38,658 nucleotides of DNA from Arcobacteraceae bacterium (GCA_048268245.1 JBLWVX010000025.1:1-38658); one strand, 5' to 3'. Positions 10,118-19,898 are shown, counted from the stretch's first letter. Translations and numbers: made by a program. The notes: a model not told the origin generated them from the letters alone.

Positions 10118-10984
10118 CTATTTTTTATTTTTTAATTGTTTTTTTAATTTAATTAATTCTCTTACAGAATCATAAACAGAGTCATCACCTTTAACAAAAC
10201 CTTTATTTTTTAGTTTTTCTAAACCTTTTGGATCGTTATAAGATAAAAATGCCCCTTTTAATGCCATTTTTAAAGAAGATGGTAAATCACTTCTTGCAGC
10301 AATTGGTGCTCCTGGAATTAAATCTGAAGTCCAAATAACATTAAATTGATCTTTTTCCCAATGTTTTCCTAAACCTCTATTGAAATCTAAATTATTAGTA
10401 GACGCAGCATCAATTCTTCCAGCTTTAACTGTTAAAATAGAAGCTTCATGACCCCCTGAGTAAACTACTTTAGAGAAATATTTTTTAGGATCAATTCCAG
10501 CTTTTGAGAACATTACAGTTGGAACTAATGTTCCTGATGTAGATTGAGATGATGTGAATGCCCAAGTTTTACCTTTTAAGTCAGCAAGTGTTTTTAATCC
10601 ACTTCCTTTTTTAGTAATAATAGTACCTCTATAACCAGGAAGTCCTGATTCTCCATCAACTTCAACAACTAAAGCTTCAGCATTAGCTCTTTTTGCAGCT
10701 TCTACATAAGATTTTGGTCCTAAATAAGCTACATCAATGTGTTTATGCTGCATACCTGTAATTACACCTGTGTAATCTCCAGCTAATTTCATCTCAACTT
10801 TAATACCTAATGATTTTGATAAATAATCAGTTAATGGTCCAAAGTTTTCTTTCATTGAAGTTGAACCAGCTACAGGTATTACACCAAAAGTAATTTTTTC
10901 AGGCCATTTTTCTTGTGCAAACATTGAAGTTGATGCTAATCCTAAAGCTATAGAAGCTACTGTAAGTTTTTTAATTAATTTCAT
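10118..10984 (-). CDS. phnD: PhnD, phosphonate ABC transporter periplasmic binding protein
   Basis: Signal peptide, DYTGVITGM, STSGTLVP, GGHEAS, WTSDLIPG. Confidence 0.95.
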   Translation of the reverse strand: MKLIKKLTVASIALGLASTSMFAQEKWPEKITFGVIPVAGSTSMKENFGPLTDYLSKSLGIKVEMKLAGDYTGVITGMQHKHIDVAYLGPKSYVEAAKRANAEALVVEVDGESGLPGYRGTIITKKGSGLKTLADLKGKTWAFTSSQSTSGTLVPTVMFSKAGIDPKKYFSKVVYSGGHEASILTVKAGRIDAASTNNLDFNRGLGKHWEKDQFNVIWTSDLIPGAPIAARSDLPSSLKMALKGAFLSYNDPKGLEKLKNKGFVKGDDSVYDSVRELIKLKKQLKNKK

Positions 10985-11014
10985 TTCATTTCCTAATTTT
11001 CTTAATTTTTTACA

Positions 11015-11749
11015 CTAGTTATTTGTGTAGATTTTTTCAACTAACTTTTCAGTTAGCAACTCACTCTTATCGTCAAAGACTATTTCCCCATCGTTTACTC
11101 CAACAATTCGGTCACAATACTCTTTGGCATACTCTAAATGATGAAGGTTAGCAATTACAGTTACCCCGTAAGTTTTGTTTACCTTCCTTAAAATCTCCAT
11201 AACCTTCTTTGCACTTTTTGGATCAAGAGCAGATACAGGTTCATCAGCTAAAATAATCTTTGGTTCAGCGGCTAAAGCCCTAGCAATTGCAACTCTTTGT
11301 CTTTGGCCTCCCGAAAGTTCATCACATCTTTTTAAAGAGTGTTTAGTAATATCAACAATATCCATATACTCTTTTGCTTTTTCCAACTCCTTTTTCTTAT
11401 ATAATTTAATAATTGCTCTTGTAAGAGGTATCTCTTTTAGCATTCCACTTACTACATTATCAAGTACAGAAAGTCTATCAACTAGGTTATATCCTTGAAA
11501 TATAACTCCCACTTGTTCTCTTAATTTAACTAGATTCTTTTTTTTGATATTTTTTAAATCAAAATTTAGAACTTCAAATTTTCCATCAAATACTTTTATT
11601 CCACCAGTAACTGACATTAAAAGTGTTGATTTTCCTGCACCACTAGGTCCTATAATTCCTATGAATTCCCCTTCTTTTACTTTGAAATTCACATCTTTTA
11701 AGATTTTTTCTTTTTTATAACCTAATGTTAGGTTTTTCATCTTTATCAC
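11015..11749 (-). CDS. phnC: PhnC, phosphonate ABC transporter ATPase
   Basis: GPSGAGKS, FQGYNLVDRLSVLDNV, LSGGQRQRVAIARA, ADEPVSALDP, NLH. Confidence 0.95.
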   Translation of the reverse strand: MIKMKNLTLGYKKEKILKDVNFKVKEGEFIGIIGPSGAGKSTLLMSVTGGIKVFDGKFEVLNFDLKNIKKKNLVKLREQVGVIFQGYNLVDRLSVLDNVVSGMLKEIPLTRAIIKLYKKKELEKAKEYMDIVDITKHSLKRCDELSGGQRQRVAIARALAAEPKIILADEPVSALDPKSAKKVMEILRKVNKTYGVTVIANLHHLEYAKEYCDRIVGVNDGEIVFDDKSELLTEKLVEKIYTNN

Positions 11750-11763
11750 TATTAATCTCCTAA

Positions 11764-12486
11764 TTAAATTAAATCTACTTTGATTTTACAAGTGTCAGCT
11801 CTAAAATATGATGTCCCATACTCAACAAAGTTTCCATCTTGGTCTTTAGAAAGTGTACTTGCTGATAAAATTGGTGAATTTAATGGCATCATAAGTAGTT
11901 TGCTAAACTCTTTTGTTGAAACTAAAGATTCAAATACAGTTGAAACTTTCCTAATCTCTAAATTTGGATAACATTTATTTAAAATTTTATATAAAGAGAA
12001 AGGTTTCATATCTAAGTTATTGATAATTTCTCTGTAAATAAATGCGTCAAAATAAGAGTATGAAACAGAAATTGGCAAATCATTTGCATATCTTAAAAGC
12101 TTCAACTCTATTACTTTTAGTTTTTTACTTAGCCCTAAGTTTTTAATTACATCATCACTTGGTTCGACAATATTGGCACTTAAAAGTTTAGTTTTTGGCT
12201 CATAACCTAAATCAAGAATTTTTGAAGAGTAAGAGCTTTTATCAGTTATAGAATATGGAACTTTTATATTTGATATAAAGTTTCCTTTTCCTCTTTTTGT
12301 GTAAATAAAACCTTTATCTTTTAGCAAAGATAAAGCCTGTCTTACTGTATGTCTATTTACATTGAATTTTTTTGCTAATTCATTTTCTGATGCTAGTTTT
12401 TCACTTACATTGTACTCTTTAGATTCAATACTTTTTAGTATTTGTTCATAAAGTTTTATATATGTAGGTTTAGTAACTTTCTTCAC
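11764..12486 (-). CDS. phnF: PhnF, GntR/HutC-family transcriptional regulator
   Basis: SENELAKKFNVNRHTVRQAL winged HTH plus UTRA-like C-terminus; first gene of the phn operon. Confidence 0.9.
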   Translation of the reverse strand: MKKVTKPTYIKLYEQILKSIESKEYNVSEKLASENELAKKFNVNRHTVRQALSLLKDKGFIYTKRGKGNFISNIKVPYSITDKSSYSSKILDLGYEPKTKLLSANIVEPSDDVIKNLGLSKKLKVIELKLLRYANDLPISVSYSYFDAFIYREIINNLDMKPFSLYKILNKCYPNLEIRKVSTVFESLVSTKEFSKLLMMPLNSPILSASTLSKDQDGNFVEYGTSYFRADTCKIKVDLI

Positions 12487-12503
12487 TTTAACTGCCTTTT
12501 AAC

Positions 12504-12597
12504 TTGTCTACACAAGCTTGATGGCGAAAGTATAAAATAGTTAAATTACACAATGATTACAAGTTGTCTATACAAGTTGTTACTCCTGTATAGACAA
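12504..12597. promoter_or_regulatory. Three HutC/PhnF-type operator palindromes
   Basis: TTGTCTACACAA (12504-12515), TTGTCTATACAA (12564-12575) and CTGTATAGACAA (12586-12597), all upstream of phnF. Confidence 0.75.
12529..12562 (-). promoter_or_regulatory. Pho-box-like promoter of the phn operon
   Basis: Minus strand reads TGTAAT-CATTG-TGTAAT (11-bp period), then 10 nt, then TATACT (-10 at 12529-12534). This matches PhoB-type promoter geometry. Confidence 0.7.
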
Positions 12598-12657
12598 GTA
12601 AAAAACTAAATTTGTTAGGAAGTTGTATTTATAGGACTTAGATTAAATAATTACAGT

Positions 12658-13476
12658 TTAATTACAATCTTCTTTTTTAGATAAGGTTTTTAAAAGTTCA
12701 CAAGAAAACCCTGCTTTTTTTCTAGCTTCAAAATTTAAATCCATTTTTCTTTTAGTTGAACCTGGAAAAACTTCTTCAATAATTTCTAGATATGTAGAAT
12801 CATAAGGTAGGTTTTCTAAATCACAGGCATATTTAAACCAAACATCACCCTTTGTTACATGATCAACCTCTTCTTCTAAAATAATATTTAAAGCATCAAG
12901 TATTTTTCTATTAAATGGATCATTATTTGATTTTAATTTTTCCATTATTTTTGGATTTTGGTCTAAACCATTTGCTTCAAGATATCTTGGAACTGCTGCC
13001 ATTCTTCTCAAAAACTCTGGAGTTGCTTCCATTGCTTCAAATAGATTTTTATGTACAGCATGATCACCATACTTGCAACCAATTTCTCCTAATAACTCTT
13101 CCAGCATTATAAAATGTCTGACTTCATCATTTGCAACTTCTAACCAATCTTTGTAGTATTGCAGGGGCAAGTCTTTGTATCTTAAAGCTGCGTCAAGAGC
13201 TAAATCAATTGCACTGTATTCAATATGTAAAATTGTATGAAGAAGATATTGTTTACCTTCTATAGTATTAAAATTTTTTATTTTAGGTAATGATGTTGGC
13301 TTAACAATTTCTAAAAAACTAGAATATGATGGTTCTTTAAGTTTAGGGGGTATATAATCTTTTTCAAAAGTAAAATTATTATTTATAAAGTTTTTATAAA
13401 AAGATTTGAACTTTTCAATCTTATCTTTTGGATTATTTGTTAATAAAACATGTTCTAATGTAGAAAAATAATTCAC
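12658..13476 (-). CDS. Ferritin-like domain protein (DUF455 family)
   Basis: LHTILHIEYSAIDLALD, DEVRHF, LEANGLD, EEVDHV di-iron motifs. Confidence 0.88.
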   Translation of the reverse strand: MNYFSTLEHVLLTNNPKDKIEKFKSFYKNFINNNFTFEKDYIPPKLKEPSYSSFLEIVKPTSLPKIKNFNTIEGKQYLLHTILHIEYSAIDLALDAALRYKDLPLQYYKDWLEVANDEVRHFIMLEELLGEIGCKYGDHAVHKNLFEAMEATPEFLRRMAAVPRYLEANGLDQNPKIMEKLKSNNDPFNRKILDALNIILEEEVDHVTKGDVWFKYACDLENLPYDSTYLEIIEEVFPGSTKRKMDLNFEARKKAGFSCELLKTLSKKEDCN

Positions 13477-13528
13477 GTATAACCTCTTTTATGATATAAT
13501 GATAATATTTTAGCGAAAAGGCTTTAAA

Positions 13529-14131
13529 ATGGATATAAAAGTACAGCCAATGGGCGATTATCAGACTAATTGTTATATTGTAACAATAGAAGATAAAGAT
13601 ATAATTATTGATCCAGGAGTAGATGCTGCAAGATGGATAAAACAAAATGTAACAAATCCTGTTGCAGTATTAAATACCCATGGACATTTTGATCATGTAT
13701 GGTCAAATACAGAAGTTAAAAATGAATACAATGTAAAATTATATACACCAAAAGATGACTGTTTTTTATTAACTACAGATCCTTATGGATTAGGAATGCC
13801 TTCTTCAAAGGCTGATATTGAAGTTGATCCTGACCAAGAATTCGAAATTGCAGGTGTTAAAATTAAATTTCATCATTTCCCCGGTCATACGCCAGGGTGT
13901 TCTGCTATTCAAATAAACGAACATTTATTTACAGGTGATTTTATATTTAAAGGCACAATTGGAAGATTTGATTTTCCTATGTCAAATGCCGCACAAATGA
14001 AACAAAGTATTAATAAAATACTTTCTTGGGAAAATACTAATTTTCATATTTACCCTGGACATGGTGATAAAACTACATTAAAAGCAGAGTTAGATTCCTT
14101 AGCACAATGGGAAAGATATATTATATTATAA
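13529..14131 (+). CDS. MBL-fold metallo-hydrolase (glyoxalase II / YcbL-like)
   Basis: TNCY, IIDPG, THGHFDH, PGHTPG, FTGD, GRFDFP, PGHG. Confidence 0.9.
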   Translation: MDIKVQPMGDYQTNCYIVTIEDKDIIIDPGVDAARWIKQNVTNPVAVLNTHGHFDHVWSNTEVKNEYNVKLYTPKDDCFLLTTDPYGLGMPSSKADIEVDPDQEFEIAGVKIKFHHFPGHTPGCSAIQINEHLFTGDFIFKGTIGRFDFPMSNAAQMKQSINKILSWENTNFHIYPGHGDKTTLKAELDSLAQWERYIIL

Positions 14132-14143
14132 GGGTAAATATAA

Positions 14144-15049
14144 ATGAGTCAAGTTTGTGAGAATATAGTTAAAGAAAATGAAAATTTAAAACTTGTAAGA
14201 ACTTTAGAACAGTTTTATATAGAAGTTTTAGAGTATTTAAAAACAAAATTTAATGTTGATGATATAGAGATTACTTTACTTGACACAAGTGAAGAAGATA
14301 AAGAAGACATTCTTTATAAATCTTCAAGTAAATTAGTAGAATATAAGAATTGTGTATTTGAATTAATTCAAAGTGAATATACAAAAATAAGAGTTATAGT
14401 TTCATCTAATGATGACAAAAATATAAAAGAGAATAGATTTGTAATTAATTTAGCCCTTCAAGCCTTTTCTCAAACACTATATAATAAGCTTTTAAAAGAT
14501 ACACTAAAAGATTTGAGTCTAATTGATGGTTTAACAGGACTTTATAATAGACATTATTTAGAAAATTATGCTGAAAAACTGTTAAGTTTATCAATTAGAG
14601 AAAAAAATACTTTAGGATTTTTAAAGTTTGGTATTGACCAGTTTAAAGCTGTAATTGATGAGTTCGACTACAATATTGGTGATAAAGTACTTATTGCCTT
14701 AGCAGAAGTTTTAAAAGAGACTTTAAGAACATCTGATATTATATTAAGAATTGATTCTGATGAATTTTTGGTAATTCTAATGAATATTCAAGATAATAAA
14801 AATGCTTCAATGATAGCTCAAAAAATCATAGAAGCATTTGCAAAAAAAGAGGTTTTAGTAAATAAGAAAACAAAACAAATACTAAAAAAGACAATTTGTT
14901 GTGGTATTACGATTTTCCCTGATGATGCTTCAACTATGGATGAGATTTTTAGAAAATCAGATATTGCTTTATATGAAGCAAAAAATAAAGGTAGAAGTCA
15001 ATTCTTTATGTATACTGAAGAAGATACCAATACAATTGACTTATTTTAA
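14144..15049 (+). CDS. GGDEF-domain protein with degenerate active site (DSDEF) and intact RxxD I-site
   Basis: DGLTGLYNR, GIDQFKAVID, RTSD-IILRI-DSDEF, DIALYEAKNKGR. Confidence 0.85.
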   Translation: MSQVCENIVKENENLKLVRTLEQFYIEVLEYLKTKFNVDDIEITLLDTSEEDKEDILYKSSSKLVEYKNCVFELIQSEYTKIRVIVSSNDDKNIKENRFVINLALQAFSQTLYNKLLKDTLKDLSLIDGLTGLYNRHYLENYAEKLLSLSIREKNTLGFLKFGIDQFKAVIDEFDYNIGDKVLIALAEVLKETLRTSDIILRIDSDEFLVILMNIQDNKNASMIAQKIIEAFAKKEVLVNKKTKQILKKTICCGITIFPDDASTMDEIFRKSDIALYEAKNKGRSQFFMYTEEDTNTIDLF

Positions 15050-15059
15050 GGTTTAACTT

Positions 15060-16034
15060 ATGAAAGAGAAGATTCTAGAACTAATAAAAGACTCTAAGAC
15101 AAATGAAGAAAGCTACAAATCTTTAGTTAGTATTTATAATCTATATGAACAGCTACAATATTCAACAAATATTGTTCAAATGGCTGAGGACATTTTTGAT
15201 TGGCTAAATAAATTTTTTAGTGTCGATAATTTAACATTTTCTCTAATTGATATAAGCTCAAATTCAAAAGAAGAAATATTTATAAAAGGTAATGAGTTTT
15301 ATTTAGATGATGATAAAGCATACTTTTTTATTATAAATACACATACAAATCTTAATGCGACAGTATCTTTTAGTGCTACATCAAATGTTCACTATCAAGT
15401 ATTACAAGCTAAATATGATATTATTGAAGCTGCATTCTTTCAAATTTCTCCTATTATTCAAAATGGTATTTTAAAGAAAAACTTTATTGAGTCTTCATCT
15501 ATTGACTCAGTAACAAAAGTTTATAATAGAAACTATTTAATAGAAAATTTAAATAAACATTTAACTATTTCAAATAATACTAGAGATGAAATATACTTTT
15601 TAATGGTTGGTGTTGATCATTTTAAAGCTGTAATTGATGAGTTTGATTATGATATTTCAGACCAAGTATTAATTGAACTTGCAAAAATAATTCATACAAA
15701 TATAAATGAATTTGATATGGTTGCAAGACTTAATGCTGATGAGTTTTTAGTAACTATTTTAAGCAATACTACTAAATGGCAAGTAGAAGATTTATCTAGA
15801 AAGATAATTGAGGACTTTGCTAAAGTAGAGATTAAAGTTAATCCAATTACAAAGCAGACTTTGAAGAAAACTATTTGCATTGGACTTGAAACTTTTAAAA
15901 CAGATTCAAGTGAAACAATTACAGATGCTATAAAAAATGCAGATATTGCTTTATATGAAGCAAAAAATAAAGGAAGAAGTCAGTTTTTTGACTATGATGA
16001 ACTTTCAGAAGAAGACACAATAGAACTTTTCTAA
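15060..16034 (+). CDS. GGDEF-domain protein with degenerate active site (NADEF)
   Basis: DSVTKVYNR, GVDHFKAVID, RLNADEF, ADIALYEAKNKGR. Confidence 0.85.
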   Translation: MKEKILELIKDSKTNEESYKSLVSIYNLYEQLQYSTNIVQMAEDIFDWLNKFFSVDNLTFSLIDISSNSKEEIFIKGNEFYLDDDKAYFFIINTHTNLNATVSFSATSNVHYQVLQAKYDIIEAAFFQISPIIQNGILKKNFIESSSIDSVTKVYNRNYLIENLNKHLTISNNTRDEIYFLMVGVDHFKAVIDEFDYDISDQVLIELAKIIHTNINEFDMVARLNADEFLVTILSNTTKWQVEDLSRKIIEDFAKVEIKVNPITKQTLKKTICIGLETFKTDSSETITDAIKNADIALYEAKNKGRSQFFDYDELSEEDTIELF

Positions 16035-16036
16035 GT

Positions 16037-16951
16037 CTATTGTACTTTTCTAGCTTTTATATATACTCTTTTGGGCGCAGGATATCCCTCAATAGTTTTA
16101 CTACTATCATTAGGATCTAAGAAATCATCTAAACTTTGATCAAATGACCATTTTGTTTTTCTTTGCTCTTCATTTGTTGTAACTGTTGTTGCAATTACTT
16201 CAATATTTTCAAACCCTGCTCTAACAAGCCAATTTTTAAGTGCAGGAATAGTTGGAATAAAATAAATATTTGGTATTTTTGAGTATCTTTTATTTGGTGT
16301 TAGACAAAGTTCTTCATCTCCATCTATCATAAAAGTATCAATTAATATTTCACCTTTTGAGTTTAAACCACGTGCTAGTGATTTTAAAGTTCCTACAGGA
16401 TCTGGTCTATGATATAAAACACCAAGCATAAAAATAAAATCAAATTTATGATTATAATATTCTAAGTGTTCAACACCAAGCATTTCATAAACTATTTCTG
16501 ATTTAACAAAATGATTTATAAATTCAAATTGATGTAAAGTTAAAGCACTTGGATCAAAACCAATAAGTCTTTTTGGTTTATCTTCAAGCATTCTAAACAT
16601 ATAATATCCATTATTACATCCAATATCAGCAACAACTTTATCTTTTAGATTAAAATGAGGTCTAATAAGATTGTATTTAATATTACTTTGCCATTCAGAA
16701 TCAATTTCTAAACCAAAAAGATTAAAAGGTCCTTTTCTCCAAGGAATAAGCTTTTTTGCTGTTTCTTCGATTAGATCATACTGTTCTTGAGTAATATCTT
16801 CTCTTTTTCCAATAGTAAACCAATCACCATAATCAACAAAAAGTTCATCTGTTTTTATCTCACGTGCTTTATTTAATTGTTCAAACCAAGGCTGAACATT
16901 TTTCCAATTTCTACAATCGTCTTTCTTTTTTTGTAATTCGTCTAAATTCAT
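16037..16951 (-). CDS. cmoB: tRNA U34 carboxymethyltransferase CmoB
   Basis: PWRKGPF, IDSEWQS, DIGCNNGYY, GVLYHR, RYSKIPNIYFIPT, KTIEGYPAPKR. Confidence 0.95.
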   Translation of the reverse strand: MNLDELQKKKDDCRNWKNVQPWFEQLNKAREIKTDELFVDYGDWFTIGKREDITQEQYDLIEETAKKLIPWRKGPFNLFGLEIDSEWQSNIKYNLIRPHFNLKDKVVADIGCNNGYYMFRMLEDKPKRLIGFDPSALTLHQFEFINHFVKSEIVYEMLGVEHLEYYNHKFDFIFMLGVLYHRPDPVGTLKSLARGLNSKGEILIDTFMIDGDEELCLTPNKRYSKIPNIYFIPTIPALKNWLVRAGFENIEVIATTVTTNEEQRKTKWSFDQSLDDFLDPNDSSKTIEGYPAPKRVYIKARKVQ

Positions 16952-16981
16952 AGCGTTATTATAGGAATAATAAGTAAAAAA

Positions 16982-17023
16982 TTGTCTTAAATCAAGTCAA
17001 ACAAATTAATCTTTTGTTATACT
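16982..17023 (+). promoter_or_regulatory. Putative ccsBA promoter: extended -10 with upstream Crp/Fnr-like site
   Basis: TG-T-TATACT at 17015-17023. TTGTC-TTAA-ATCAA at 16982-16995 is centred about -41.5 from a predicted start near 17030. Confidence 0.4.
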
Positions 17024-17127
17024 TCCAAATGAAATAAAATATGAATTTATTTTCATTTTTAGTTAACTTATAGTTAACTAGTTAACAATATAATTCATTC
17101 ATTAATTAAAAATAGAAAGGATTTTTT

Positions 17128-19872
17128 TTGAAAGGAACAAATGTCTTATTTTCCTTTAAGACTACACTTATCTTACTGGCTATATTAGCAATTGGTGCTG
17201 GATATGCTACATTTATTGAAAATGATTTTGATACTTCTTCTGCAAGAGTATTAGTTTACAATAATATTTGGTATGAAGCAATACTAGTATTAACTACAAT
17301 AAACTTAACAGGTATTATTTTTAAATATAAAATGTGGAGAAATAAAGCTAGATTTATATTTCATACATCATTTGTAGTTATATTAATAGCAGCTGGTATT
17401 ACAAGATATGTTGGTTATGAAGGAATTATGCAAATTAAAGAAGGAACTACTGAAAACAGAATGAGTTCATTAGAACCTTATTTACAGATATCTATTAAGG
17501 AAGATGGTACAACTTACTATAAAGAATATCAAAAAGAATTTACATCTTTACTAAAGTTTGTTAATAAATTTGAACATACTATTTTATATGGTGAAGATAA
17601 AAAAGTAAATGTAAAATACAATGATTATCTTTTAGCAAAAAAAGGTACTGCTAAAATGGGACTTTTAACTGTTGATGTTACAATTAACGGGGAAACACAA
17701 ACTATTAAACTTCCCGGACAAAGAGGACAAAGAGGTTTAAAAAGAGATCTAGTCTTTGGAGATACAACTGTAACTCTATCTTATGGTTCTAAAACACTAT
17801 TCTTACCGTTTGCTATTAAACTAAATGACTTCCAGCTTGACAGATACCCAGGTAGTAATGCACCTTCATCTTATGCATCTGAAGTTACAGTTATTAAAGA
17901 TAACAAAGAGTATGACTATAGAATCTTTATGAATAGAACACTTCATGAAGGAAACTTTTTATTCTTCCAAAGTTCATATTTCCCTGATGAAACAGGTACA
18001 GTATTATCTGTAAATAATGACCCAGGAAAATGGCCTACTTACTTAGGATACTTCTTACTAACACTTGGTTTAGTAATGAACTTATTTGATAAAAAATCTA
18101 GGTTCTGGAAATTAACTAAATACGTATCTCAAAAAAATGTTGCTTCTATTGCAATTGCATGTATGATTGCTTTTGCTTCAACTTCATTACAAGCTGAAGA
18201 AAGAGTTATGGAAGATGAAGTAAAAGCTCAAGATACAATTGCTTATTTAAAGAAATTTAAAGAAGAATCAGAAGCTACAGCTGAAAAATTCTCTAAACTT
18301 GTGACACAAAGTCAAGGTGGAAGAATGAAGCCTATGTCTACATTAAATCGAGAAATACTTCTTAAATTAAGTGGTAAAAAATCATTATTTGGTATGAATG
18401 CTGATCAAATTGTTTTAGGTATGTTAACAAGACCTGAAATGTGGAGAGATATCAGACTTATTAGAGTAAAAACTCCTAAATTAAAAAAGTTTTTAGGTAT
18501 TGATAAAAATAGAAAACATATTGCTTTTACAGAAGTTTTTATTGATGGTAAATATATCTTAAATAAAGAAGCTGAAAAAGCTTCTATTACAAAGCCTCAA
18601 GATAGAGGAACATATGAAAAAGATATTGTAAGACTTGATGAAAGACTTAATATTACATATGCTACTTTTAATGGAAACTTATTTAGAATCTTTCCTAAAC
18701 CAGAAGATAAAGCAAATACTTGGCATGCGCCATTAGATGCTATGGAAACTTTTGAAGAAAAAAGTGGAAGAGCTGCTGAGCTTATGACAAGAGGATTTAT
18801 TAACTCTGTTATACAAAGCGATTGGGAACAAGCTGATAAATTCCTTGATATGATTAAACTTTATCAAGAGAAGATTGGTAAAGACGTTATGTTAAGTGAT
18901 TCAGAGATTGACAATGAAATTTTATTTAACGAATTAGATATTTTCTTAAAACTTACACTTGCATATATTTTAACTGGTTTAGTTATGTTAATTGTTTCAT
19001 TTGTTGTAGTATTTAATCCTAAAATTAAACTAAGAAAGACTACATTCTTTTTCTTTATTGTATTAGCATTGTTATTTGCTGTGCATACATTTGGAATGGG
19101 ATTCAGATGGGTTATTTCAGGACATGCACCATGGTCAAATACATATGAATCACTTCTATATATCTCTTGGTCAGCTGTATTTGCTGGTGTTGTTTTCTTT
19201 AGAAAATCACTTCTTGCATTAAGTGCAGCAGTTATTGTTGCTGGTATATTTATGTTTACAGCGCATTTAACAGGTATTGACCCACAGATTACAAATCTTG
19301 TACCAGTACTTAAATCTTATTGGCTAACGATTCACGTATCAATTCTAACAGCATCTTATGGATTCTTTGGACTTGGGGCTATTTTAGGATTTATGGCATT
19401 AATTATGTTTATCTTTAGAAAAAATAGACCTCATTTAGATGAGACTATTAAAAATATCAGTGCTATTAATGAAATCGCATTAATTATTGGTGTAACATTT
19501 ATTACAATTGGTAACTTCCTTGGTGGTATTTGGGCAAATGAGTCTTGGGGTAGATACTGGGGATGGGATCCTAAAGAGACTTGGGCTTATGTTTCAATCG
19601 TGACTTATGTATTTGTAATTCACATGAGATTTGTTAAACCTCTTAACAATCCATTTGCATTCTCAACTGCTTCACTTTTAGCATTTGCAACAATTTTAAT
19701 GACATACTTTGGTGTAAACTTCTACTTATCAGGTATGCACTCATATGCAACAGGTGACCCTGTACCAATTCCAACATGGATTTACTATGTTGTTTCAATG
19801 GTATTTATCACTATTACTTTAGCATATAGAAATAGAAATATGAAAGATCCTATTTCTGGAGAAACTAAATAA
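17128..19872 (+). CDS. ccsA: Cytochrome c synthase CcsBA (system II, fused ResB/ResC)
   Basis: ResB-like N-terminus (FQSSY, LSVNNDPG), WLTIHV, and WWD domain WANESWGRYWGWDPKETW, GMHSY. Confidence 0.93.
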   Translation: MKGTNVLFSFKTTLILLAILAIGAGYATFIENDFDTSSARVLVYNNIWYEAILVLTTINLTGIIFKYKMWRNKARFIFHTSFVVILIAAGITRYVGYEGIMQIKEGTTENRMSSLEPYLQISIKEDGTTYYKEYQKEFTSLLKFVNKFEHTILYGEDKKVNVKYNDYLLAKKGTAKMGLLTVDVTINGETQTIKLPGQRGQRGLKRDLVFGDTTVTLSYGSKTLFLPFAIKLNDFQLDRYPGSNAPSSYASEVTVIKDNKEYDYRIFMNRTLHEGNFLFFQSSYFPDETGTVLSVNNDPGKWPTYLGYFLLTLGLVMNLFDKKSRFWKLTKYVSQKNVASIAIACMIAFASTSLQAEERVMEDEVKAQDTIAYLKKFKEESEATAEKFSKLVTQSQGGRMKPMSTLNREILLKLSGKKSLFGMNADQIVLGMLTRPEMWRDIRLIRVKTPKLKKFLGIDKNRKHIAFTEVFIDGKYILNKEAEKASITKPQDRGTYEKDIVRLDERLNITYATFNGNLFRIFPKPEDKANTWHAPLDAMETFEEKSGRAAELMTRGFINSVIQSDWEQADKFLDMIKLYQEKIGKDVMLSDSEIDNEILFNELDIFLKLTLAYILTGLVMLIVSFVVVFNPKIKLRKTTFFFFIVLALLFAVHTFGMGFRWVISGHAPWSNTYESLLYISWSAVFAGVVFFRKSLLALSAAVIVAGIFMFTAHLTGIDPQITNLVPVLKSYWLTIHVSILTASYGFFGLGAILGFMALIMFIFRKNRPHLDETIKNISAINEIALIIGVTFITIGNFLGGIWANESWGRYWGWDPKETWAYVSIVTYVFVIHMRFVKPLNNPFAFSTASLLAFATILMTYFGVNFYLSGMHSYATGDPVPIPTWIYYVVSMVFITITLAYRNRNMKDPISGETK

Positions 19873-19875
19873 ATG

Positions 19876-19898
19876 AACTAAGAGTTTTACTCTTAGTT
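19876..19898 (+). terminator. Stem-loop after ccsBA, likely intrinsic terminator
   Basis: AACTAAGAGT-TTT-ACTCTTAGTT just after the stop codon. Confidence 0.6.

Noticed and set aside
13529..14131. Metallo-beta-lactamase resistance gene
   Set aside because: No signal peptide; motifs match cytoplasmic glyoxalase II / YcbL-like hydrolases.
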